From contig JAFZBE010000067.1 of NCBI GenBank assembly GCA_017561935.1, forward strand, positions 2,752 through 66,751: a stretch of 64,000 nucleotides of DNA, read 5' to 3'. The DNA comes from Bacteroidales bacterium (lineage in GTDB: Bacteria; Bacteroidota; Bacteroidia; Bacteroidales; UBA3663). The position numbers and the translations under genes were made by a program. Position 1 is the stretch's first letter; each line of letters opens with the position of its first letter. The notes beneath the pieces were generated by a model, which made no database searches, was not told where the DNA came from, and was given only the letters and a program-made list of their open reading frames with translations. Shown piece by piece: positions 24,359-34,353 of this stretch.

Positions 24359-25885
24359 ATGAACGCAACATTGGTATTGGGCGTCATCGTCCTTTACTTC
24401 CTTATGGTTTTCGGTGTAAGTTGGTGGACCACGCGTCGGCGTGACCGCGACACCGAAACCTTCTATCGCGGCGACCGCAAGAGCCCCTGGTGGGTGGTAG
24501 CCATCGCTATGATTGGCACATCCATCTCGGGTGTGACCTACGTGAGTGTGCCCGGCATGGTTGAAGCAAAGCAGATGAGCTACATACAAATGGTCATCGG
24601 CTTTGTTTGTGGTTACTTTGCCGTGGCCTACATCCTGCTCCCCCTTTACTATCGCCTCGGACTCTCGAGCATATACGTGTATCTCGAGCAACGATACGGA
24701 CGGTTCGCCCACAAGACGGGAGCCTCGTTCTTCCTCTTGAGCAAGTATCTGGGTTGCGCCGTCAGGATGTATCTCACTGCTGTGGTTCTGCAACTCGTTC
24801 TCTTCGATCAATTAGGTGTTCCCTTTGGCCTCTCGGTAGCATGCATCATGCTCATCGTCTGGATCTACTCGTTCCGTGGTGGCGTAAAGACACTGGTATG
24901 GACCGACCTTCTGCAGACACTCTGCCTACTATCCGCCATGATAGGATTTGTGATTTGCATCAGTTCAGCGATGGGCCTTGACTTTTCAGGGCTGTATAGC
25001 ACCATCACCGAAAGTCCGATGTCAAGGGTATGGTTCTTCGATGATGCGAATGACACGCGCTACTTCTGGAAACAGTTCCTCGGCGGCATGTTCACCACCA
25101 TCGCCATGACAGGTCTTGACCAGGACATGATGCAGAAGAACCTTTCCTGTAAATCGTTGAAAGAAGCGCAGAAGAACATGGTCTCCTACGGCTTCGGTTT
25201 CCTTCCCGTCAACATCATCTTCCTCTCTCTAGGAATATTATTATATATGTACGCGCGAGAAGTGGGTGTCGATCGAACAGGTGACGAGCTCTTCCCCTAC
25301 CTTGCCACAGGCATCAATCCGACGACGGGCCAACCCTTCCTTCCGCTCATCGTGAGCGTGCTTTTCGTGTTAGGTCTAGTAGCAGCCGCTTTCTCGTCGG
25401 CGGGATCGGCGGTTACCGCTTTGACGACAGCCATCATGGTCGATTTTCTGCGTAAGACGCCCAGCGAGGAAGGTTTGAGGGGTTCGAAGGGTTCGAGAGG
25501 TTCGAAGGGTTTGAGGAGTTCGATAGAGGGCCAACGTTTCTGGGTTCACATCATCAATTCCATCATGATGGGATTCATGATCTACCTGTTCCATCTGCTG
25601 GCTTCCGGCTCAGTCATTAACGCAGTCTATGTGGTAGCATCCTATACATACGGCCCACTCATCGGCCTTTTCTTCTTCGGCATGTTCACGAAGTGCAAGG
25701 TGAAGGATGGATGGTGGATACCGGCCATCTGCATCGCCTCGCCGCTTCTCTGCTTTTTCCTCGATCAGCATTCAGAAGCATGGTTCAATGGATATAAGAT
25801 CGGCTATGAGATGCTGCTAATCAATGGTGCACTGACAGCCCTCGGACTCTTTCTCGCTTCTCTCCACTTCCGCAAGTGTAGTTAA
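24359..25885 (+). CDS. Sodium:solute symporter (SSF) family transporter with an in-frame repeat insertion
   Basis: About 13 hydrophobic helices. SSF-like N-terminus (FYRGDRKSPWWVVAIAMIGTSISGVTYVSVPG). The loop insertion EEGLRGSKGSRGSKGLRSSIEG is encoded by repeat locus C. Confidence 0.88.
   Translation: MNATLVLGVIVLYFLMVFGVSWWTTRRRDRDTETFYRGDRKSPWWVVAIAMIGTSISGVTYVSVPGMVEAKQMSYIQMVIGFVCGYFAVAYILLPLYYRLGLSSIYVYLEQRYGRFAHKTGASFFLLSKYLGCAVRMYLTAVVLQLVLFDQLGVPFGLSVACIMLIVWIYSFRGGVKTLVWTDLLQTLCLLSAMIGFVICISSAMGLDFSGLYSTITESPMSRVWFFDDANDTRYFWKQFLGGMFTTIAMTGLDQDMMQKNLSCKSLKEAQKNMVSYGFGFLPVNIIFLSLGILLYMYAREVGVDRTGDELFPYLATGINPTTGQPFLPLIVSVLFVLGLVAAAFSSAGSAVTALTTAIMVDFLRKTPSEEGLRGSKGSRGSKGLRSSIEGQRFWVHIINSIMMGFMIYLFHLLASGSVINAVYVVASYTYGPLIGLFFFGMFTKCKVKDGWWIPAICIASPLLCFFLDQHSEAWFNGYKIGYEMLLINGALTALGLFLASLHFRKCS
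25472..25525 (+). repeat. 9-bp-period mini-array, locus C (6 units) inside the symporter gene
   Basis: Units: GGTTTGAGG GGTTCGAAG GGTTCGAGA GGTTCGAAG GGTTTGAGG AGTTCGATA. Confidence 0.9.
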
Positions 25886-25902
25886 TTGTTATTTGTCCAT
25901 GG

Positions 25903-25947
25903 TAAAATAAAAAAAGCAACGACCTTACTTTCTCAAGCGAGGTCGTT
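25903..25947 (-). terminator. Intrinsic terminator downstream of tRNA-Thr (also closes the symporter gene)
   Basis: AACGACCT (25918-25925) pairs with AGGTCGTT (25940-25947). On the minus strand the hairpin is followed by GCTTTTTTTATTTT. Confidence 0.8.
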
Positions 25948-25988
25948 TGTCGTTGTGATTTACCATTAAATCCCTTTTATATTATGGG

Positions 25989-26061
<73 letters not shown>

Positions 26062-26083
26062 AATATTTGCTCAAAAGCGGGTG

Positions 26084-26091
26084 CAAAGATA
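26084..26091 (-). promoter_or_regulatory. -7 promoter box TATCTTTG for tRNA-Thr
   Basis: Plus-strand CAAAGATA 23 nt upstream of the tRNA 5' end. Confidence 0.6.
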
Positions 26092-26163
26092 GCGTATTTT
26101 CATTATATCTCCAAATTTTTTTGAAAGAATTTGTTATTACAGAAGCAAATTCCACAAATTAAC

Positions 26164-27228
26164 CTAGAAATAGACATCGAAATCGAGCAAAATAGGCAGG
26201 TGATCACTATATCCTCCCTCATACTGATAGCCATAATAGCTTCGCGCTGGGCGATGTCCCAGATGACTGGTATCCTCGGTGAGCATAAACGGGAGATAGA
26301 AGACGCGTGGGTTGGAGAAGGTGACAAAGGGCGAAGTCTTCACGTTGACAACAAACTGATCCAAAAACCCCCATTCGCCCTGATACTTGTGACTACCGAA
26401 AGCCGAGGGATGATGTTTCAATGACTTCTGCAACGGTATCATAAGGTTCAAGTAATCCTTGCCCCACCATGTGTTGGACTTGCGAGCATTGTCGTTCATA
26501 TCACCCATGATGACAATGTTGGGATGCTGGCGGCATAGGCGAACGCTATCGGCCACATGCATCACCGTGCGATGTGCCACATCGCGTGCCGATTGCGACT
26601 GCTTGGTGCCACCCAATCGGCTGGGTAAATGGCAGACGATGACATCGAGCGTGTCACCACTCACCACACGGCCTGCTGCATGAAGCACATCGCGTGTCGG
26701 ACGATTACCTTCAGGCAATGTGATGCGATGGAAGTCGGCATGGAGCAACTTGAAATCGGTTGGCTGATAGAGCAAGGCCGTCTGGATACCTCGCACATCG
26801 GGTCCGTCACTTATGATATAGTTGTAATGCAAATTCCAAAGAGGAGTACTATGTGTCCAATAGTGCATCACACTGTCACCCTCAACCTCGGCCAAGCCTA
26901 CTAGCATTGGAGCCATGCCGTCGCCGGCAGCAACGATGACACGCGACAACTGCAGTAACTTTTGACGCAGACGCGAGTGCGTCCAATGACGGATACCTTC
27001 AGGAGTGAACTCGTCATCCTGATGAAGCGAATCGTCGGAAGGCCAAAAGGCATTCTCAACGTTCCAGAACATGATACGCTGTTGCTGGACACGCACACTT
27101 TCGGGGAGCTTCTCCCCCGCCCTCTCCAATAGGGAGGGCGTAACCCCTTCACCAATTCTTCCTTGTAGGGAGGGGAAGGTAAAGAGTAAAAAAAATGTAG
27201 AGAGGATGAAGATTCTTATTATCCACAT
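26164..27228 (-). CDS. Endonuclease/exonuclease/phosphatase (EEP) family protein, secreted
   Basis: Signal peptide. FWNVENAF near the N-terminus. IVIMGDMNDN and a terminal SDHLPILLDF motif, typical of the EEP fold. Confidence 0.8.
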   Translation of the reverse strand: MWIIRIFILSTFFLLFTFPSLQGRIGEGVTPSLLERAGEKLPESVRVQQQRIMFWNVENAFWPSDDSLHQDDEFTPEGIRHWTHSRLRQKLLQLSRVIVAAGDGMAPMLVGLAEVEGDSVMHYWTHSTPLWNLHYNYIISDGPDVRGIQTALLYQPTDFKLLHADFHRITLPEGNRPTRDVLHAAGRVVSGDTLDVIVCHLPSRLGGTKQSQSARDVAHRTVMHVADSVRLCRQHPNIVIMGDMNDNARKSNTWWGKDYLNLMIPLQKSLKHHPSAFGSHKYQGEWGFLDQFVVNVKTSPFVTFSNPRVFYLPFMLTEDTSHLGHRPARSYYGYQYEGGYSDHLPILLDFDVYF

Positions 27229-27282
27229 AGGGGGACCTCAATATTTTTTCTATTCGAAGAATAGGAATCGACCAAAAGATTG

Positions 27283-27316
27283 AAAAAAACCGGACCATCC
27301 CAAAAGATGATCCGGT
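27283..27316 (-). terminator. Intrinsic terminator of rpsP
   Basis: On the minus strand, ACCGGATCATC-ttttgg-GATGGTCCGGT is followed by TTTTTTT. Confidence 0.85.
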
Positions 27317-27336
27317 GTGCCTTTATCGAAACTCAA

Positions 27337-27882
27337 TTAAGCCTCGGTAGGGGCATCAGTGGCAGCGGCAGCCTCAACAGCAGCGGCAGCCTCAGCAGCA
27401 GCGGCAGCTGCCTTAGCAGCAGCCTCAGCCTTCTTGGCTGCCAATGCTTCAGCCTTGGCATTCTTCACTGCAACCTCAGCGTTGGCAATCTCCTTCTCCT
27501 TCTTGGCAGCTTCGGCTGCGAGACCAGAGATCTTAGTGGTGATCTTAGCCTCCTTGGCCTTCATCCAAGCGTCAAACTTGGCTTTTGCCTGCTCTTCGGT
27601 GAGAGCGCCCTTCTTCACACCACCATTGAGGTGCTTCATCAGAAGGACTCCCTTGTAGGAAAGAATACGACTAGCGGTGAGCGTGGGCTGTGCACCAGTC
27701 TCTACCCAATAAAGGGCGCGTTCGAAATTGAGTTGAATAGTAGCAGGGTTGGTGTTGGGATTGTAAGTACCGATCTTCTCAATATACTTACCATCACGTG
27801 GCGCTCTGCTATCTGCGACTACGATGCTATATACAGCGTAGTCCTTGTGACCATGTCGTGCAAGACGGATCTTTGTAGCCAT
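27337..27882 (-). CDS. rpsP: 30S ribosomal protein S16 with long Ala/Lys/Glu-rich C-terminal extension
   Basis: [67 protein letters not shown], followed by a low-complexity tail of about 95 aa. Confidence 0.95.
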   Translation of the reverse strand: MATKIRLARHGHKDYAVYSIVVADSRAPRDGKYIEKIGTYNPNTNPATIQLNFERALYWVETGAQPTLTASRILSYKGVLLMKHLNGGVKKGALTEEQAKAKFDAWMKAKEAKITTKISGLAAEAAKKEKEIANAEVAVKNAKAEALAAKKAEAAAKAAAAAAEAAAAVEAAAATDAPTEA

Positions 27883-27966
27883 TTCGCAAATTGAATTAAA
27901 GATGTTAATACTAATGCAATCCTTGTCGGGAGTGGTGACACGTCATGTTCCCCGGTTTTGCGGGCA

Positions 27967-27974
27967 CAAAGATA
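27967..27974 (-). promoter_or_regulatory. -7 promoter box TATCTTTG for rpsP
   Basis: Plus-strand CAAAGATA about 85 nt upstream of ATG 27882. Confidence 0.55.
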
Positions 27975-28158
27975 ACGCAAATCTTTGAAATAAAAAAATA
28001 TTCGTGATGAAAAATTCTTGTTTCGTTGATTTTTCCTATAATGTCGAATAAACTTCTCGGTTTTTGCCACGTCAAAAAAACAAACTCATTCAGTTTTCAA
28101 TTTAGAAATAGTACTTTTCAAACACTAATATACAAATCAATCTTAACAAATTTCAAGT

Positions 28159-28662
28159 ATGAAAAGAATTCTTTTGGCAGCAATCTGCTGCATGGCAATC
28201 GGTATGGGAAGTGTTATGGCACAGGATCAGTCCCACGGCAGGGGAATGCGTGGGCAAGGACGTCAGCAAATGTTTCAACTGGCCGACACCGCCATCACCA
28301 ATCACATGAACCTCACTGCTGACCAACAAGTTCAGATTGCCCAACTCAACGAGAGTTTCCAGGAACAAATGAAAGCTGGTGGCGAAAGAGGGAAACGACT
28401 CGACAAGGAGACTCGCCAAGCGCAACGTACACAGATTGAAGCAAAGCGTACCGAGGCACGCAAGCAGCTCCGCGCCATCCTCGGCACCGAACTCTACATC
28501 GAGTATCTGGAGAAAGCACTTGATCGTCGTCCAATGATGATGGGCGGAATGCGCCCTGACGGACAAAATATGCCACGCTCACGTGGTATGCGTCCTGACG
28601 GCGTGGGCAATGCCTTCGGAGGTGGCGGCTTCGGCGGCGGTTTTGGTGAAGGGGATTTCTAA
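28159..28662 (+). CDS. Secreted LTXXQ-motif (Spy/CpxP-like, DUF4890-like) protein with Gly/Met/Arg-rich tail
   Basis: Signal peptide MKRILLAAICCMAIGMGSVMAQ. LTADQ motif. Helical, charged core. Tail GGGGFGGGFGEGDF. Confidence 0.6.
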   Translation: MKRILLAAICCMAIGMGSVMAQDQSHGRGMRGQGRQQMFQLADTAITNHMNLTADQQVQIAQLNESFQEQMKAGGERGKRLDKETRQAQRTQIEAKRTEARKQLRAILGTELYIEYLEKALDRRPMMMGGMRPDGQNMPRSRGMRPDGVGNAFGGGGFGGGFGEGDF

Positions 28663-28679
28663 ACCACAATATTTGAAAT

Positions 28680-28709
28680 AACGGGAACCACATCGATGTG
28701 GTTCCCGTT
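28680..28709. terminator. Bidirectional hairpin between convergent genes
   Basis: Perfect palindrome AACGGGAACCACAT-CG-ATGTGGTTCCCGTT. Confidence 0.7.
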
Positions 28710-28720
28710 TCATGTTATCC

Positions 28721-30979
28721 TCAAAGGTTCTTCTTGAAGTAACTGCAGACCTTCTTGTAGATATGCACGTTGCTATTACCTCCTGTGATGAAATGGTTAC
28801 GGTTGGTATAGACCATCATGTCGAAGTCGAGATCGTTCTGTACGAAGGCCTCGGCCACCTCGTAGGTATTTTGAGGATGCACGTTGTCGTCAGCCGTACC
28901 CGTGACGATGAGAAGCTGGCCCTTGAGGTTTTGGGCACGACTCAGTACAGAGCTTTTCCGATAACCCTCGGCATTTTGCTGGGGCGTGCGCATGAAACGC
29001 TCGGTGTAGATGGTGTCGTAGAACTTGAAGTCGGCAACGGGAGCCACTGCGACCCCAGCCTTGAAGACGTCGTTACCTCCGCACATCGTCATGAGTGTAT
29101 TGTAACCACCGAAACTCCAACCCCAGATGCCGATGCGTTGGGCATCAACGTAGGGTAATGAAGCGGCATAATGACCAGCTGAAAGCTGATCCTCGGCCTC
29201 ACGCACACCCAGCTCACAATAGACTTGTCGCTCCCATTGTGCTCCTCGGCAAGCTGTGCCACGCCCATCAACGGTCAATGCCACAAAACCCTCCTGCACC
29301 AGATACATCGGGAAGCCAAACTCCCAACGGTCGAGAACCTCCTGCGAACCAGGACCGCCATATTGCTCAAGCACACAGGGGGCCTTTGCGCCACCATTGT
29401 TCGGACGGATTACATAGCCATTGAGCTTGTCGCCTCGCTCGGTAGTCATCTGGAAAAACTCACGTTTGGGTTGACCAGCCACCTCCTGGCAAAGCGCGCT
29501 ATTGTCCTCGAGGGTCTTGATGACCTTCAGATTCTGCACTGTCTCGAGCGTGACGCGAATGGGTGTCTCGGCATCGCTGTAGTAATGCTGCATGTAGATG
29601 AAGCCTCGACTGAAGGCAGCGCTGTGCGTGCCACGACAGCCAGCGCCATCACGCCCACCATTGAAGAGAGGTGTCATCACGCCCTTGGCATCAATCTTAT
29701 AAATACCACGAGTCAGTTCGGAGGGCACCGCCGAACCCTTTCCGACGTAAGCCAACTGCACGTATGCACAGCGTGATGCAGGATCGTAACCATAGACACT
29801 GGTCAGATCAAAATTGCCTTTAGTAAGCTGGCGCTGCTGCTGACCTAACATATTATAATAATATAGGTGTCGCCAGCCCGAACGCTCACTAGCAAAGGTA
29901 AAACCGTTCTCGTCGAAATGGATGGCATCGAGGTCGGCTTCGGCAATATACTGGTCGTTGGTGTCCTCAAGAATGAGCTTGGCCACACCACTACGAGGAT
30001 TGACGAAGTAGAGCGACAGCTTGTTCTGAAGACGATTCATCGTCACCACGGCGAGTTTGTCCTCGGCTTTGGTGAACTGAATACGCGGTATGTAGCCATC
30101 AGCCTCGACAGGGACATTGAGCTCGGTGAGCTTCTTCGTATAGACATCGTACGACCATGCAGAAACCTTGGAATTCACCTCACCTGCCACGGGATACTTA
30201 TAAACATATTGGCCTGGATAAAGCTCATATTCTGGGTATTCGGGGAACTGTCCTTTGTAAGTAGGCAGCCAATACTCCTTGACATCCGACTCATCCCACT
30301 TCAAGAAGCAGAAGGACTTGGAATCGGGACTCCATGCAATGGCTCTGTCCATCGAGAACTCCTCTTCATAGACCCAGTCAGGCACTCCGTTGATGATTCT
30401 GTTACGCAGGCCATCGTCGGTCACCTGACGCTCGGCAAGGTCGATGCCTGCCGACATCACTCGAACATAGAACAAGTTATTATCGCGCATGAAGACAAGC
30501 TGACGACCATCTGGAGCCATTGTCACAGCCTGCACCTTTCCTTCGGTCAACCGCTTGAAGGCCTGACGACGTACTCCACCTGCCTCGATGACAAAATAGA
30601 AATAGTCGGCCTTGTAGCTTCGACGATAGATTGACTCACGGTTGCTCCAGACAAGAAGACGTTCCTCGTCCTGGGAAAGCTCGTAACCGGAGAGCTTGAG
30701 GTTGCTCACATCGAGTCCCTCTTCAGGTTTTACCTTGTTGAGATTGAGTAATGTATCGACCGCCTGACCATTACTATATTGGTATTTGACGATAGCACGA
30801 CCATCGGCTGTGATAGCTGTGTAATGCTTGCCGTCGGCTGTGCTGCGGAAAGCAGGCACGCTATTTCCACGATAATGACCGCCACGGATGGCCTCTACCG
30901 TGATGGGTTCAGCAGCATAGGCAACGGTCGAAATGACCATCGCAACCATGCAGAAAAGTGATAAATAAAATTTGTTCAT
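28721..30979 (-). CDS. S9B-family serine peptidase, dipeptidyl-peptidase IV-like
   Basis: 752 aa. Signal peptide. DPP-IV N-terminal propeller-like region. Catalytic motif GIWGWSFGGYNTLM, then a later ...GTADDNVH... segment. Confidence 0.9.
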   Translation of the reverse strand: MNKFYLSLFCMVAMVISTVAYAAEPITVEAIRGGHYRGNSVPAFRSTADGKHYTAITADGRAIVKYQYSNGQAVDTLLNLNKVKPEEGLDVSNLKLSGYELSQDEERLLVWSNRESIYRRSYKADYFYFVIEAGGVRRQAFKRLTEGKVQAVTMAPDGRQLVFMRDNNLFYVRVMSAGIDLAERQVTDDGLRNRIINGVPDWVYEEEFSMDRAIAWSPDSKSFCFLKWDESDVKEYWLPTYKGQFPEYPEYELYPGQYVYKYPVAGEVNSKVSAWSYDVYTKKLTELNVPVEADGYIPRIQFTKAEDKLAVVTMNRLQNKLSLYFVNPRSGVAKLILEDTNDQYIAEADLDAIHFDENGFTFASERSGWRHLYYYNMLGQQQRQLTKGNFDLTSVYGYDPASRCAYVQLAYVGKGSAVPSELTRGIYKIDAKGVMTPLFNGGRDGAGCRGTHSAAFSRGFIYMQHYYSDAETPIRVTLETVQNLKVIKTLEDNSALCQEVAGQPKREFFQMTTERGDKLNGYVIRPNNGGAKAPCVLEQYGGPGSQEVLDRWEFGFPMYLVQEGFVALTVDGRGTACRGAQWERQVYCELGVREAEDQLSAGHYAASLPYVDAQRIGIWGWSFGGYNTLMTMCGGNDVFKAGVAVAPVADFKFYDTIYTERFMRTPQQNAEGYRKSSVLSRAQNLKGQLLIVTGTADDNVHPQNTYEVAEAFVQNDLDFDMMVYTNRNHFITGGNSNVHIYKKVCSYFKKNL

Positions 30980-30980
30980 A

Positions 30981-32198
30981 TTAATCCATTCTGTATTTAT
31001 AGTCTTCGTAGGTGTATTCGCGGAGAAGATCTATCGAAGCGTCCTCACGGAAGAGAGCGATGGCAGGATGAGCGACGCCATTGAACGTGTGCGTCTTGAC
31101 TGTTGTGTAATGAAGCATATCCTCAAAGAGGATGTATTCGCCCAACAGCAACTCATGGTCAAAACGCCAAGAGCCCAGGAAATCACCACTCAGGCAACTG
31201 TTGCCGCCTAAACGATAGATATATCCGTGTCCATCGGCATCGTCAACAACACCATGCTTGCCTGCCATATCGTCGGCAGCCGACAATGGAAGAGATTGCG
31301 CCCCACGCACAGCCGGCTGATAAGGCATCTCCAGACAGTCGGGTGTATGACATGCAAAGGAGATATTGAGGATAGCTGTTCGTATGCCATGGTTCTCGAC
31401 AACATCGACCACTTGGCTCAACAACGGTCCGGTTTGCCATGCGAAAGCACTACCAGGCTCGAGAATGACCTTGAGCCAAGGATAACGCTGACGCAATCCG
31501 CGGAGCAGACCGACAAGATGACGGGTGTCGTAATCTTTACGCGTCATCAAATGCCCTCCTCCCAAATTGAGCCACTTGATCTGTGGGAACCACTTCGAGA
31601 ACTTGTCCTCAAGATGCGCCAATGTCCTTTCCAAAGTATAGGAATCGTCCTCACAATGGCAATGACAATGGAAGCCCTCTATACCTTCGGGTAACTTTGA
31701 AGGAAGATCTTCGGCCAAGACTCCGAACCTCGATCCCGGTGCACAAGGATTGTAGAGAGCAGTTTCAATCTCACTGTATTCAGGATTCACCCTTATCCCA
31801 CACGATACCTTTCCCTTGGCCCGAGGATAGAAATGTACATATTGGCCTAATGAGTTGAAGGTAATGTACCCCGAACAACGTAATATCTCAGGGAAGTTCT
31901 CATCGGTATAAGCGGGACTATAAGTGTGGGCTGGCAATCCGAACTCTTCGTAGGCTAAACGCGCCTCCCATACTGACGAGGCCGTCGTATGAGTGATGTA
32001 TTCGCGAAATATAGGAAAGGTCTTCCACAAAGCATAGGCCTTGAAGGCGAGGATGATCTCAACTCCCGCCTCGGTGGCGACGTCACGGATCAACGAAAGG
32101 TTGCGACGCAGGAGCCTCTCTTCAAGGATATAGCAGGGCGAAGGAAATCGACTGTAGTCCGACTCCTGAATATACGATTCGATGGAATTATGCTTCAT
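30981..32198 (-). CDS. nspC: Carboxynorspermidine/carboxyspermidine decarboxylase
   Basis: Start set at ATG 32198 (MKHNSIESYIQESDYSRFPSPCYILEERLLRRNL...) because a -7 box lies within the longer track ORF. This resembles the NspC N-terminus as I recall it. The stop is 1 nt from the start of the DPP-IV-like gene. Confidence 0.88.
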   Translation of the reverse strand: MKHNSIESYIQESDYSRFPSPCYILEERLLRRNLSLIRDVATEAGVEIILAFKAYALWKTFPIFREYITHTTASSVWEARLAYEEFGLPAHTYSPAYTDENFPEILRCSGYITFNSLGQYVHFYPRAKGKVSCGIRVNPEYSEIETALYNPCAPGSRFGVLAEDLPSKLPEGIEGFHCHCHCEDDSYTLERTLAHLEDKFSKWFPQIKWLNLGGGHLMTRKDYDTRHLVGLLRGLRQRYPWLKVILEPGSAFAWQTGPLLSQVVDVVENHGIRTAILNISFACHTPDCLEMPYQPAVRGAQSLPLSAADDMAGKHGVVDDADGHGYIYRLGGNSCLSGDFLGSWRFDHELLLGEYILFEDMLHYTTVKTHTFNGVAHPAIALFREDASIDLLREYTYEDYKYRMD

Positions 32199-32227
32199 CT
32201 TGGGACGAAAAAAAAGTATTTCGGCGG

Positions 32228-32235
32228 CAAAGTTA
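32228..32235 (-). promoter_or_regulatory. -7 promoter box TAACTTTG for nspC
   Basis: Plus-strand CAAAGTTA 30 nt upstream of ATG 32198. Confidence 0.5.
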
Positions 32236-32297
32236 AGAAAATAATCCCACATTTTAAAATATTTGTCTTAAAATTTCGTCATCTTCCAAAAAAAACA

Positions 32298-32305
32298 TAT
32301 CTTTG
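32298..32305 (+). promoter_or_regulatory. -7 promoter box TATCTTTG for speA
   Basis: 89 nt upstream of ATG 32394; divergent from the nspC promoter. Confidence 0.55.
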
Positions 32306-32393
32306 CACCCACAAAATTCTTTGATATTTGCATCTCCCTGCTAAAGGTTGCGGGGTTTATGTTGAACGGTAATTTGTAAAATTGTAAAATCAG

Positions 32394-34292
32394 ATGAAAA
32401 AGTGGCACATTGAAGACTCTGCCGAGCTCTACAATATCCATGGATGGGGTGTCAGCTATTTTGACATCAACGAGAAGGGTCACGTAGTGGTAACCCCCAA
32501 GAAGGATGGTGTGCAGGTTGACCTGCGCGAAGTGATGGACGAATTGGCGTTACGCGATATTCAGGCACCCGTGCTACTGCGTTTCCCCGATATCCTTGAC
32601 AATCGTATCGAACGCATGTCGCAATGTTTCGAAAAAGCGGCCAACGAATATGGATACAAGGGAGAATGTTATACCGTCTATCCCATCAAGGTAAACCAGA
32701 TGCAACCCGTTGTCACCGAGATGGTGAGCCACGGAAAGAAGTTTAACCTGGGATTGGAGGCAGGCTCGAAGCCCGAGCTGCATGCGGTTATCGCTGCATG
32801 CACCGATTATGATTCCATTATCATCTGCAATGGCTACAAAGACGATTCTTTTGTCGAGCTGGCCCTGCTTGCCCAGAAAATGGGCAAACGTATCTTCATT
32901 GTTGCCGAGAAACTCAACGAGCTCGAGATCATCGACCATATTGCCAAACGGCTTAATGTGCGTCCGAACATCGGCATACGCATCAAACTTGCCTCTTCTG
33001 GCTCCGGTAAATGGGAGGAGTCTGGTGGTGATGCCTCGAAGTTCGGGCTTACCAGTTCCGAACTGCTCGAAGCCGTCGAATACCTTGAATCACACGGCCT
33101 GAAGGACTGCCTCAAGCTCATCCATTTCCACATCGGTTCACAAGTCACCAATATTCGTTATGTCAAAACAGCCATCCGCGAAGCCTCGCAGTTCTATGTG
33201 CAGCTCTGCAAAATAGGATTTGACGTGAAGTTTGTCGATGCCGGTGGTGGCCTGGGTGTAGATTACGACGGGACACGCAGTGCCTCAAACTGTTCATCGG
33301 TTAATTACTCCATCCAAGAATACATCAACGACATCATGTACCAGATCATGGAGGCTGCCGATAAGAATGATCTCCCTCACCCAAATATCATCACCGAATC
33401 GGGGCGTTCGCTGTCAGCCCATCACTCCCTACTCGTTATGGAAGTGCTTGAGACCGCCTCGCTGCCCGAAATGCCCGAAGATTGGGAGGTTGGTCCCGAC
33501 GACCATGACCTGGTGAAGGAACTCTACGAAATCTGGGATACCTTGACTCAGCGTTCTGCTCTCGAATCATGGCACGATGCGCAACAGATTCGTGACGAAG
33601 TTCTCCAGCTCTTCAGCCATGGCATCATCGACTTGAAGACACGTGCACAGATCGAGAAACTGTTCTGGAGTGTCACCCGTGAGATTAACAATCTTATTTC
33701 GGGCATGAAGCGCGTACCCGAAGAATTGCATTCCATTCCCAAACTGCTTGCAGACAAGTATTATTGCAATTTCTCGCTTTTCCAATCACTTCCCGACATG
33801 TGGTCTATAGACCAGATCTTCCCCATCATGCCTCTCCAGCGTCTCAACGAGCGACCCGATCGCAAGGCCACGCTGCAAGACATGACATGCGACTCGGATG
33901 GCAAGGTACAAAGTTACATCGCCGAAAACCAGATCGTCAATGCCATGCCGATACACTCGCTGAAGAAAAACGAAAAATACTACCTCGGAGTCTTCCTTGT
34001 GGGAGCATATCAAGAGATTCTGGGAGACCTCCACAACCTCTTCGGTGACACCAACGCAGTACATATCTCGGTCAACAAGAGCGGTTACGAGATTGACCAA
34101 ACCATCGATGGAGAAACCGTTCAGGATGTGTTGCGATGGGTGGAATACGACACCAAGAAAATGGTTCGCACGCTAGAGACATGGGTAACCAAATCGGTCA
34201 AGACGGGACGAATCTCGCTCGAAGAAGGTAAGGAGTTCCTCAATAACTATCGCAACGGCCTCTACGGCTATACCTATCTCGAAAAAGATTGA
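32394..34292 (+). CDS. speA: Biosynthetic arginine decarboxylase
   Basis: 632 aa. MKKWHIEDSAELYNIHGWGVSYFDINEKGHVVV and YPIKVNQ (PLP lysine region); SpeA-type length and C-terminus. Confidence 0.93.
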   Translation: MKKWHIEDSAELYNIHGWGVSYFDINEKGHVVVTPKKDGVQVDLREVMDELALRDIQAPVLLRFPDILDNRIERMSQCFEKAANEYGYKGECYTVYPIKVNQMQPVVTEMVSHGKKFNLGLEAGSKPELHAVIAACTDYDSIIICNGYKDDSFVELALLAQKMGKRIFIVAEKLNELEIIDHIAKRLNVRPNIGIRIKLASSGSGKWEESGGDASKFGLTSSELLEAVEYLESHGLKDCLKLIHFHIGSQVTNIRYVKTAIREASQFYVQLCKIGFDVKFVDAGGGLGVDYDGTRSASNCSSVNYSIQEYINDIMYQIMEAADKNDLPHPNIITESGRSLSAHHSLLVMEVLETASLPEMPEDWEVGPDDHDLVKELYEIWDTLTQRSALESWHDAQQIRDEVLQLFSHGIIDLKTRAQIEKLFWSVTREINNLISGMKRVPEELHSIPKLLADKYYCNFSLFQSLPDMWSIDQIFPIMPLQRLNERPDRKATLQDMTCDSDGKVQSYIAENQIVNAMPIHSLKKNEKYYLGVFLVGAYQEILGDLHNLFGDTNAVHISVNKSGYEIDQTIDGETVQDVLRWVEYDTKKMVRTLETWVTKSVKTGRISLEEGKEFLNNYRNGLYGYTYLEKD

Positions 34293-34320
34293 TGCAAATA
34301 TCATTCTGATTTAATAATTT

Positions 34321-34353
34321 GAAAGGCAACCGTCATCTCGACGACTGCCTTTC
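34321..34353. terminator. speA terminator hairpin
   Basis: GAAAGGCAACCGTC-atctc-GACGACTGCCTTTC (12 of 14 positions pair), followed by CTTTTGCC. Confidence 0.7.

Noticed and set aside
27359-27658. GCAGC-rich periodic DNA and a 99-aa poly-Ala ORF on the plus strand
   Set aside because: This is the antisense of the Ala/Lys/Glu-rich C-terminal extension of ribosomal protein S16. The low complexity is coding sequence of rpsP, not an independent repeat element or gene.
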